Source: an uncultured bacterium (lineage in GTDB: Bacteria; Hydrogenedentota; Hydrogenedentia; Hydrogenedentales; JAEUWI01). Taken from it: 21,841 nucleotides of DNA. Below are positions 7,863 to 16,128 of this stretch, piece by piece (positions within the stretch are counted from its first letter, which is position 1; each line of letters opens with the position of its first letter). The translations under genes and the position numbers were made by a program. The stretch lies in NCBI GenBank assembly GCA_963977445.1, contig CAXBPH010000102.1, forward strand, positions 1 to 21,841. The letters are read 5' to 3'. The notes beneath the pieces are model-generated. The model worked only from the letters and a program-made list of their open reading frames with translations. It ran no database searches and was not told the DNA's origin.

Positions 7863-9608
7863 CTATGGGATATTGCGTTCAGCCCGAGGATTCTCGGTGT
7901 TTGGAAGGCGAACTTCTATTTCCACTATACCGTTTTCCGGCACAACATGAATGACAGGATACTGTATCGGCTGGGGGTCTACCAAGAATAGCTTTCCCAT
8001 GCCCACGACGTGGGGAGGCCGATGTCCATCGACTTCGATGCGGGTGATTATTCCCTTCAGCATGTTGAGTGTAACGCCGTTCTTCCAGACAAGCTCGTTG
8101 TCCACGAGTTCCGGGAACTCATGGCAAATAAAGGACCAAGATTCCTCGGACACGACAAACTTTGCATGGACCCGCCCGGGCCGGTCAAGTCTCGCTTCGA
8201 TTTGGGGTGTCTCACCATTGGTTGCGGTGAGACTCGTTGTTGAGCCAGCGTTCGACAGGGTGACGAGGGGCTTTTCTTCGCCCTCCGCAGGGCCCGGATT
8301 GCTGCCCTGAAAGATCAGCTCTCCTCCGGCGTGGATCAGCAACTCGGACGTGTCCTTCAACGCGACCAGTAGCCCGTCGGGCTTCCAGTCCGCGCGGGCA
8401 TAGGCCTCGCCGACGGAGGGGAAATGATAGGAAAGGGGGGCGTCGCCGGGTCCAGGCACCACGGTGGCGTCGTACCAGACATAGGCGTAGCCACCGAGCT
8501 CGAAGAGCAATTGTTCTTTGCGGGTTGGCGTGATATAGCGGGTCTTCTGGATCTGGCCGAGGGACTGGTCCCACAGGGCCAGGGTCTGGGCAGTGCCATT
8601 GCGGTATTCCCGGGCGAGGGCCAAGAGCACGGGTGCGTAATAGTCCAGTTGCCCGTAGGGCGGTGAAAACAAGACACTCTGATTGGGTTTATTCCAACCG
8701 GGTTTCTTTCCCGTAGCCACCGAGGCGAGGGCGAGGTCTGCTTTCATTTGCTTTTCGAAGGGCCGGTAGAGATCCTTGCCTGTCACCCGGCGGAGGGCAT
8801 CCATAAAGAAGAGGCGGTAGTGCATGGTGGATGCCCAGAAGGTCGCCCCTTCGATTTGGGCTCCATCGTCTGCCAACCCCAGAGGGAGCAGGTGCTCCTC
8901 AAACTTTTTGGTCGTGAGCGCGAGCCAATCGGAGGCCTCGGGCACTTCGTCTAAGAGTGCCAGGGCCACCACGCCCAAAGAAGAGAACTCTACCACGGCA
9001 TGATGGGTGTGGAAATCGGCCCCCGTCTTTTCCGGCGTGTTGAAATAGTCGGAGTAGTAGTTTCCCGCCGTTGCGGAAAGCATCGTGATGATTTCCGAAC
9101 GCTCTTCCTCAGAAAACTGGTCATAGGCCAGATCGTAGGCTACCGCGATACCCTTGAGAAGGCGGGAGACGGCATAGGCCTTGCCCCCATCGGGTGTCGC
9201 ATCGGCATCCGGTCGCCACGCACGACAAGAGGCCAGGGTCCACGCCCGGGTCGCCTCTCCATAAGTCGCCTCGCCACTCAGGGCATAGGCAAAGGCGAGG
9301 TGCTCCGTAATGGCCATGTCCATCATCATGGCGTAGAATCGGACATAGAGATTCTCATAGACCGGGTCGTCGGCTACCGGGGCTATCCAATCTTTGCGGG
9401 GCGTTTGCGTCAGGCACCAATCCGCGGACTCGGCGATATTTTCCCAGATGCGTGCATGAACACCCCCGGCGCGCAGTGCCCGTAGCGCGCTTTGCTCGGT
9501 TTTCGTGATATAGAGGCGGGGGTGGGTGCTCGGAATTTCCGCTCCGCCCGCCTGGCCAACGTAGACCAGCACCATAGCCAGAAAGATCACCGGTAGTAGT
9601 CGTCTCAC
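7863..9608 (-). CDS. Secreted DUF4962 / heparinase II/III-like (alpha/alpha-toroid lyase-like) protein
   Basis: Signal peptide. HPRLY, LAFAYALSGE, AVAYDLAYD, DDGAQIEGATFW (DG..EG..YW-like) and FPSVGEAYARADW are typical of this lyase-like fold. GTG start with RBS AAGGA. Confidence 0.65.
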   Translation of the reverse strand: MRRLLPVIFLAMVLVYVGQAGGAEIPSTHPRLYITKTEQSALRALRAGGVHARIWENIAESADWCLTQTPRKDWIAPVADDPVYENLYVRFYAMMMDMAITEHLAFAYALSGEATYGEATRAWTLASCRAWRPDADATPDGGKAYAVSRLLKGIAVAYDLAYDQFSEEERSEIITMLSATAGNYYSDYFNTPEKTGADFHTHHAVVEFSSLGVVALALLDEVPEASDWLALTTKKFEEHLLPLGLADDGAQIEGATFWASTMHYRLFFMDALRRVTGKDLYRPFEKQMKADLALASVATGKKPGWNKPNQSVLFSPPYGQLDYYAPVLLALAREYRNGTAQTLALWDQSLGQIQKTRYITPTRKEQLLFELGGYAYVWYDATVVPGPGDAPLSYHFPSVGEAYARADWKPDGLLVALKDTSELLIHAGGELIFQGSNPGPAEGEEKPLVTLSNAGSTTSLTATNGETPQIEARLDRPGRVHAKFVVSEESWSFICHEFPELVDNELVWKNGVTLNMLKGIITRIEVDGHRPPHVVGMGKLFLVDPQPIQYPVIHVVPENGIVEIEVRLPNTENPRAERNIP

Positions 9609-9730
9609 GGGTTGTCCTTTATCGGTAGACAGGCAAAACGTCCTGCGTATTGATAGACCATGCGGAAGTCGTTCCTTTCTTCAATCAACCGACTACTTGT
9701 TCGAAATTTCTCGTCTCCGGGCTGCCGGGT

Positions 9731-11146
9731 TCACAACTGAGGGGATAAGACCCGCGCGGCGCCCTCCAGGATGTGTCGGAATGTCCGCTTTCTGGCAAGG
9801 TCCGCTTCCACGACCTGCGTCGCGGTTTCCGCATAGCCATCAATAATGCGGGTCAATTCCTCGGCGGGTTCGGCATCATAGAGCAACGCAGAAACCTCAA
9901 AATTCAGGCGGAGGCTGCGATAATCGAGATTGGCCGATCCCACCATGGACCAAGCCGTATCTACGACAATTAATTTCGAGTGAATCATCCCCGTGCTGTA
10001 CTCATAGATTTCTACACCTTCCTCCAGCAGTTCCGCATAGAAACTTCGGCCGGCATACAGCGCAAGGGGCTGGTCGGTCGAGGAGGGGATGACAATACGT
10101 ACCCGGACGCCACGCAAAGCCGCCTGCAGGAGGGCCATGCGCAAGACCGGTGAGGGCACGAAATAGGGCGTTACAATGTCGAGGGTTTGACGGGCTCCAT
10201 TGAAGGCTTCCAGGAGCAGCCGTTCGAGGACGTGGTCCTGGCAATCGGGTCCAGTCGGTAATATCTGGACGGCATGCCCATTGTCTTCGGAGAGGGGAAT
10301 GGGGGCCGGATGGTCCGTCGGAGTCTCCTCGGAGGCAAAGCGCCAGTCATCCAGGAAAATCGCCTGGAGATGGTTCACCGCCGGACCTTCGAGTTGCATA
10401 TGGACGTTGTGCCATAGCGGGTACCTGGGGTTGCGGCCCCGATCATCGTCGCTCACATTCTGGCTGCCGATAAAGCCGATGGAGCCATCAACCACAAGAA
10501 TTTTCCGGTGATTCCGGAGGTGGGGGCTCCATCGCCGTTTCCACGTGGCCAGGGGAAGGAAAAAGGCCACGTGTACACCGGCATCCAGAAAAGGCTGAAG
10601 AAAGGTCTGATTTTGCGTGAGAGAACCAACCGCATCCATCAATACACGACAGGTTATCCCCGCCGCTGCCCGTTCAATCAGGAGATCGCGAAGTTCCGTG
10701 CCGGTTTCATCGGGCCACCAGATGTAATACTCCATGTGAATGGATTCGTTGGCTCCACGTATCGCCTCCTTCCAGGATTCGTGGATAGCGTCGGAGTCAC
10801 TGTAGAGCGCATAGCGATTCCCCCGGGTCACCAGGGCACCAGCGAGTTTGGTGCCCACTTCTGCGGCGGTGCGAAAGGTACCGAGGGTGGCCGTTTTTTC
10901 CACCCATTCCCCTGCGGGAATCCGGGGCCGACCACAGGTGCCCCGTTTTCGCTGGGCCCGCAACATCACGCGATTTTCCCCCATACGGGCGTAGGCCAAG
11001 GCGCCCACAAAGGGTACGAAGAGGATGAGCAGCAACCAGACCAGCATGGCACCCGGTTCGAAGCGCTGTCGAAGTAAACTGGCGCTCAGGGGCAGGGCGA
11101 CTAGGGCATGCAATACAATAAGCGTCAGCAGCACGAAAAGGGGCAC
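9731..11146 (-). CDS. cls: Cardiolipin synthase (phospholipase D family)
   Basis: Two N-terminal TM helices and two HKD motifs (RNHRKILVVDG, IHSKLIVVD), plus TPYFVP and GSANLDYRSLRLNFE. Confidence 0.92.
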   Translation of the reverse strand: MPLFVLLTLIVLHALVALPLSASLLRQRFEPGAMLVWLLLILFVPFVGALAYARMGENRVMLRAQRKRGTCGRPRIPAGEWVEKTATLGTFRTAAEVGTKLAGALVTRGNRYALYSDSDAIHESWKEAIRGANESIHMEYYIWWPDETGTELRDLLIERAAAGITCRVLMDAVGSLTQNQTFLQPFLDAGVHVAFFLPLATWKRRWSPHLRNHRKILVVDGSIGFIGSQNVSDDDRGRNPRYPLWHNVHMQLEGPAVNHLQAIFLDDWRFASEETPTDHPAPIPLSEDNGHAVQILPTGPDCQDHVLERLLLEAFNGARQTLDIVTPYFVPSPVLRMALLQAALRGVRVRIVIPSSTDQPLALYAGRSFYAELLEEGVEIYEYSTGMIHSKLIVVDTAWSMVGSANLDYRSLRLNFEVSALLYDAEPAEELTRIIDGYAETATQVVEADLARKRTFRHILEGAARVLSPQL

Positions 11147-11207
11147 GTGGGATGGGACTTCCTATCGTTGGGGCGGTGGCGATTCGGTGCCAGTGCCATC
11201 GAAATAT

Positions 11208-14200
11208 TTACTTTGGCTCTTCAGATTGGAGGTAGGCAAAGAGGTTACGCAGTTCATCGGGCGTCAGCGGGGCGATGAGGCCTTCTGGCATCAGGGAAAT
11301 TCCGGCTTCCCGAATCTCCGCAATGTCACCCGTGGCGATGGTGGTCTTCTCTTCGTTGGCGTTAAGCAGGGTGACACTTCCAGGACTCCGCTCGGACACG
11401 ATCCCATTGTAGAAACCACCATCTTTCGTTTCTACGGCAAACTGCACATATTCCTTTCGCACCACGAGATTGGGGTTCACGAGACTCACCAGCAGGTAGT
11501 CTGTGTCCATCCGGTTGCTCTGGGTGAGATCGGGCGCCACGGAATGGCCTTCGCCGAAGAGCGTGTGGCATTGGGCGCAGTTTGCGGTAAAGATGAGGCT
11601 GCCCGCCTTGGGGTCGCCGGGCTGGGCCCGAAGGTCATTGTTCAGTCGCCGCATTTCTGCGAGGAGGGCTTCCGGGGTGCCACCGCCCACGTTCCCCCAG
11701 TGGGCCTGCACCAACGCGTCCAATTCCTCGTCCTTGTGCTGGGCGACGCGGCGCAACTCAAAGACGGGGATGGCGTCGGCATCCAGCGCTTTCGTGTCGA
11801 CCAGATTCAATAGATCCCGCGTCCAGTCGGCCCGGCTGAAGAGAAGCTGCCGGGTGTTCACCAGGAGGGTCGGGGGGAGCGTGGTATAGGCGTCCGTCAA
11901 TGTGGAGCCGATGATTGGGGCGTCAAAGCGTCGGAGGGCATTGAGGGCTTCCAGACGAATTTTATCCGGTCCGTCTTTCGTAACCAATGCGAGTAATTCG
12001 GGAACCATATCGGCACCCGTCGCTCGGGCGAGGGGTGCGATTAAGGCGATGCGCAGGTTTTCGTCGGTCCCACTGTCGCCCATGGTCTTTCGGGCCAGGG
12101 CCAGCGCAGGCGGATGTTCGAGTCGCGTGCCTAAGGCCAGGCGCACGGGGTTTGCAGGTTGCTCTTCCCACCGCGCAACCAGGGCTTCGCGTAACTCGGG
12201 AGAGAGGGGCGCCGCCACGTGTTCTTCGGCAGGTTCATCCGTTGCCGTTTCGGAGTAGGTGTCGTAGAGCACGCCACGCATGGTGCTGCCCTGTCGTCCC
12301 GCACGGTCGTCGAGCCCTTGGGCCACATGCTCGAGGAGGGTATCCACCTGGGCCACGTCATAGGGCCGGGTGAGGACCAATGCGCAGGCATCGTCCCACG
12401 CGGGATTGCCTTCGGCGACGAGACGGCGCACCAGCCGGGGGCGCAGGGCATTGGCCACCAGCGGCGAAGGATTACTCAGGAGGGGGCCATCCTGTCGGGC
12501 AGCGTCTGCACTGTTAGGCTCGATGGCCCACCACAGAAGCAGGGGGAGAAAGGTGTCGCTATCCTCCGTCGCATTCTCCAGCACGGCGTCGACGACACGG
12601 AGGGTCTGCTCCGGGGCCAGGCGTTTTGCCGTGGCGGCCAGTTGGGCCAATACGCGCACATCACTCTCGCTCCGCGCCAGCGCGGCCAGGGCGTAAACGG
12701 CCTCCTGAGCAACCGTGCCATGGTCAGCGATGAGACGGACGGCCCAAAAGCGAAACATAGGATCTTCATGTTTCAACAAGGCGCTAAGTTCGCCATCGGA
12801 AAATCCGCCCACGGCAAAGTGAGTCCAAAGACTTTCCAAGGCCTCCCGCCGGTTTTCGGATTGGCTGATTTTTGCTGCCAGGGCGGGCAAGACAGATTGG
12901 TCCTGACGGGAAGCCAGGAGCACCCGCGCCCGTCGGGCAAACCAGGCGTTTTTGTGGCTAAGGAGTTCGATGAGGGCCGCGTTGTCATAATCGCGCAGGT
13001 CAAAAGGAGCTTCCGCCGGGTGATTTTTCGGGGCGATGCGATAGACCCGCCCGTTTGTTCTATCCCAGGTGGCGTCGGGGTCGGGGTGGGCCATGCGGGC
13101 ATCATGCCAGTCACAAACATAGATGGCCCCGTCGGGCCCGGTCGTCACATCGCTGGGGGCAAACCACGTGTCATTGCTATCGGCGAAGGTGCCCTCCAGG
13201 GTGCTCTCGAAGGTAGAACCTTTTGGCGTCAGGCGGCTCCACTGGAGAAAGTGGGAGAGGAGGTTCCCATCAATAAAGGTGTTGTTGAATCGCTCCGGCA
13301 GGGCACCGCCCTGATAAATCTGCCCACCCGTCGCCACATGGCCACCCTTTGCATCGTTGTGGGTCACGTGGTCAAAATAGCCATAGGTGTAGGGGTTGTG
13401 GAGGTCGCCATGTTTCCCGAAGCTTTTCCAATAATAGGCACCCTGCATGGCGTGGATCATGAGGTAGGGCCCATAGTTGGTGCTGGCGAGCAATTGTCCA
13501 TCCTGGTCGTAGTCCAGACCCCACATGTTGCCACCGCCCTCGCAGAAGAGCTCAAACTCCTTGGTGCGGGGATGGTAGCGCCACACACCCTGTTGAAACT
13601 CGATACCGCGAATGTGGGCCGTCACCGTACTCCCCTGGAGGCCATAGAGCCAGCCATCGGGGCCCCACGTGAGGGAATTGGCTACCGAGTGGGCGTCTTC
13701 CATACCGAAACCCGTGAGGCAGACCTCCGGGTCACTATCGGGCACGTCGTCGTGGTCCTTGTCGGGATAGAAGAGTAAATAAGGCGTCTGCAGCACGAAA
13801 ACGCCGTCGTAGCCAAAGGCGAGACCCGACGCGAGATTGAGGCCGCTCACAAAGTCCTTCGAAGATTCGGCAACACCGTCGCCATCATCGTCGATGAGAA
13901 TAGTCACTTTATCGCCCCCTTTGGGGCCATAGGGCGGGGGCTCGGGAAGGCGGTCGTATTTGGTTCGGGAATAACGATCCACCGCAACCCGCTTCAAATC
14001 GGCCGGGTTGGGATATTGAATGTATTGAACCACCCAGAGCCGTCCCCGGTCATCAAATTCAATCGCGACGGGTTGGCGCACCTGGGGTTCACTCGCGACG
14101 AGGCTCACGTCCAGATCGTCGGCAAGGGACATTTTTCCGGCGGCTTCGGTCGGGGGATAACCCTGAGTCAGTGCGGTGGAAGAAAGTAGCAAGGCCAGTG

Positions 14201-14258
14201 AGGTGATCACCAAACGGTGTCGTGGAGAACACAACCGAAAACGAACAGGAAACAGCAT
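11208..14258 (-). CDS. PVC-type heme-binding CxxCH protein (membrane-bound dehydrogenase-like beta-propeller, HEAT-like repeats, cytochrome c)
   Basis: LVASEPQVRQPVAIEFDDRGRLWV, LTWGPDGWLYG, GPDGAIYVCDW, GRVYRI, helical repeats, NCAQCH heme site, APDLT, SLMPEGL...ELRNLFAYL. ATG 14258 chosen over TTG 14270. Confidence 0.88.
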   Translation of the reverse strand: MLFPVRFRLCSPRHRLVITSLALLLSSTALTQGYPPTEAAGKMSLADDLDVSLVASEPQVRQPVAIEFDDRGRLWVVQYIQYPNPADLKRVAVDRYSRTKYDRLPEPPPYGPKGGDKVTILIDDDGDGVAESSKDFVSGLNLASGLAFGYDGVFVLQTPYLLFYPDKDHDDVPDSDPEVCLTGFGMEDAHSVANSLTWGPDGWLYGLQGSTVTAHIRGIEFQQGVWRYHPRTKEFELFCEGGGNMWGLDYDQDGQLLASTNYGPYLMIHAMQGAYYWKSFGKHGDLHNPYTYGYFDHVTHNDAKGGHVATGGQIYQGGALPERFNNTFIDGNLLSHFLQWSRLTPKGSTFESTLEGTFADSNDTWFAPSDVTTGPDGAIYVCDWHDARMAHPDPDATWDRTNGRVYRIAPKNHPAEAPFDLRDYDNAALIELLSHKNAWFARRARVLLASRQDQSVLPALAAKISQSENRREALESLWTHFAVGGFSDGELSALLKHEDPMFRFWAVRLIADHGTVAQEAVYALAALARSESDVRVLAQLAATAKRLAPEQTLRVVDAVLENATEDSDTFLPLLLWWAIEPNSADAARQDGPLLSNPSPLVANALRPRLVRRLVAEGNPAWDDACALVLTRPYDVAQVDTLLEHVAQGLDDRAGRQGSTMRGVLYDTYSETATDEPAEEHVAAPLSPELREALVARWEEQPANPVRLALGTRLEHPPALALARKTMGDSGTDENLRIALIAPLARATGADMVPELLALVTKDGPDKIRLEALNALRRFDAPIIGSTLTDAYTTLPPTLLVNTRQLLFSRADWTRDLLNLVDTKALDADAIPVFELRRVAQHKDEELDALVQAHWGNVGGGTPEALLAEMRRLNNDLRAQPGDPKAGSLIFTANCAQCHTLFGEGHSVAPDLTQSNRMDTDYLLVSLVNPNLVVRKEYVQFAVETKDGGFYNGIVSERSPGSVTLLNANEEKTTIATGDIAEIREAGISLMPEGLIAPLTPDELRNLFAYLQSEEPK

Positions 14259-14322
14259 AGTACAGTCCAAGCTCCAGATGAAATTCCGATGTTGCCTGGG
14301 GATACGCGCCCAGCACCGCGCC

Positions 14323-14358
14323 CAATAAAACCAGTCTAGCGGGGAGGCTGTTTTATTG
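14323..14358. terminator. Stem-loop with A/T-tract flanks (possible bidirectional terminator)
   Basis: CAATAAAA-c-CAGTCT-loop-AGGCTG-TTTTATTG: an 8-bp perfect outer stem and a 6-bp inner stem containing one G-U pair. Confidence 0.35.
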
Positions 14359-14509
14359 CAACCTGAGTGTTGAGCATCAACTGATATGATGCCTTGTGAC
14401 AGGGTTTGATTCCGAAATATTGCAACTACGGCTTTGGCCTCGCGTATAGCACGTTTTCCAATAGCAACTTTTTATTATCGACGAATTGGTTGGGGGATTT
14501 TGAAAAATT

Positions 14510-14597
14510 CCTGTAAGCCTATACAGGTTGTGATCAGAGTCGAAACTCTATAACATAACCAGTACTATTATCATCTGCTCTAGTATTAACCAAGGAG
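14510..14597 (+). promoter_or_regulatory. Putative sigma70 promoter with flanking palindromes and RBS
   Basis: CCTGTA-N6-TACAGG (14510-14527); TTGTGA(14528)-17 nt-TAACAT(14551); TACTA-N13-TAGTA (14563-14585); AAGGAG at 14592. Confidence 0.4.
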
Positions 14598-14610
14598 AGC
14601 GTCGAGAGCT

Positions 14611-16128
14611 ATGGATACGGGCATTGATCCAAAAGAATCTGATTTCGATATAGCGGCAAGGTTTGCAACACTATTAGGCTCAATCGAAAATCTCGACGGA
14701 GAGCAATATGCTCTAATAGAAAATGAAAGAGATTTTGGGAAGGCAATGTCTAAACACCTTGATGAGCAGCAACTTCAGGCGGAGAATTTGTCGCAGAAGG
14801 CGAACAATTTAATGGGTGAATTGAATTCTCTATTTCGTAAAACAGAAAAGTTTCATCGCTCATTTCTAGAAGAAAGAGATAATTTGGCCACTGAACGGGA
14901 ACTCTTTGAGCTCGACAAGCAAGACCTGCAGCTGGATCGTGAAGAATTTGAAGCCGGTGAGTTGAAAAGTCGGATGGAACAGAATTCGGAGTTTGAGAGC
15001 GACAGGCGAGACTTTAGTGACGCGAAGGAAATATTTGAACGGGAAAAGAAAGGGTTTGAACTTGAGCGATTACGAATAGATGCAGAGATGAAATCCAAGC
15101 GTCTCGCTCTAGAAGTCGAGTATCAAGCGCGTTGCGCTGAGTTGGTCGATGATTCTTCGCGACATCAAGAAGTCTCGCAATTAGCAGGTAGTAATTCGCT
15201 CCGCTTGGTCGTACCAGAGCAAGCGCGTGATGAAGAAAGTTCCTATATCCAAGCATTTACATTGCTGCAGGAATACCTCGAAAGTACGTTCGGGATGTTA
15301 CCTTTTCGTACACAAATTCTATCGACAGACCGCCGAGAAGTAAATCTTCAGAATTCGATATCTTGGCTAATGCTCAATATACACACCAAACAGGCACTGG
15401 AGCGCTTGAAAATTCGAACTTACGGAGATTTGCTCAACTGTACAGCTGAGGATATTCAAAGAAAGGCGGGTCTATCCGATGAGCAACTCCGCTACCTCCA
15501 AGAAAAGATGGGTTATGCGGGGATTTCCTTTGAGTCCATCACACCCTCGGTCGGCTCACCGGACGACCCTGTGCAATGGATTAAATCATGTATAAGAATG
15601 CTCGGCGGAGCGTCGAATACTGAGAATAAAGTGGTGCAGAATCTCGAAGTAGTAGATGAGGAGTCAATATATAGTACTCCGAGAGCTTCTGATGATTTAG
15701 GTACAACTCAGAGTGAGCAAAGTACAAATCTGTCTCGTGGTTCATCGGAAATTATTGCGAGTACTGATACGCGTCGAAGTTCCGCTGTCAGGCGGGTTTA
15801 TTCGGTTTCTGCGGAAAGTTGGTTTGCCGCATTTAGGTTATCAGAAAGATTAAATAAGTTTTCGCCCGAGGAACGTATGCTATTACGCGACACTGGGGAA
15901 TTGATTAGGGCCCAATCGTCGATTGAAGATACACATGCGGATAAAGTTATTTTCTTGTATACCGCACTCCACGCGGCTATGGAAAATCAGGCATCGGGCT
16001 CAGAAACTGGTGCGTCTGGGTTGCCTGCCTCGACAGATAATCGTCTGGGGGAAAATTCTTCGGCAGAGATGCTAAAACGAAGCACGATAGATTCACCGCT
16101 ACTTAGTCGGGCCAATCTCATCGATTGA
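14611..16128 (+). CDS. Hypothetical protein: coiled coil, RNA polymerase alpha-CTD-like domain, C-terminal helical domain
   Basis: 505-aa ORF with RBS. Acidic heptad repeats at about aa 85-162. Residues 246-307 (LQNSISWLML...IRTYGDLL...GISF) align by eye without gaps to alpha-CTD. Confidence 0.75.
   Translation: MDTGIDPKESDFDIAARFATLLGSIENLDGEQYALIENERDFGKAMSKHLDEQQLQAENLSQKANNLMGELNSLFRKTEKFHRSFLEERDNLATERELFELDKQDLQLDREEFEAGELKSRMEQNSEFESDRRDFSDAKEIFEREKKGFELERLRIDAEMKSKRLALEVEYQARCAELVDDSSRHQEVSQLAGSNSLRLVVPEQARDEESSYIQAFTLLQEYLESTFGMLPFRTQILSTDRREVNLQNSISWLMLNIHTKQALERLKIRTYGDLLNCTAEDIQRKAGLSDEQLRYLQEKMGYAGISFESITPSVGSPDDPVQWIKSCIRMLGGASNTENKVVQNLEVVDEESIYSTPRASDDLGTTQSEQSTNLSRGSSEIIASTDTRRSSAVRRVYSVSAESWFAAFRLSERLNKFSPEERMLLRDTGELIRAQSSIEDTHADKVIFLYTALHAAMENQASGSETGASGLPASTDNRLGENSSAEMLKRSTIDSPLLSRANLID

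Noticed and set aside
12219..13778. 519-aa plus-strand ORF
   Set aside because: It is the antisense shadow of the well-supported PVC-type heme protein, has no recognisable motifs, and such shadows are expected in GC-rich coding DNA.
14611..16128. Calling the alpha-CTD-containing ORF rpoA
   Set aside because: There is no alpha N-terminal dimerisation domain, the DNA-contact residues are substituted, and it is not in a ribosomal-protein operon.
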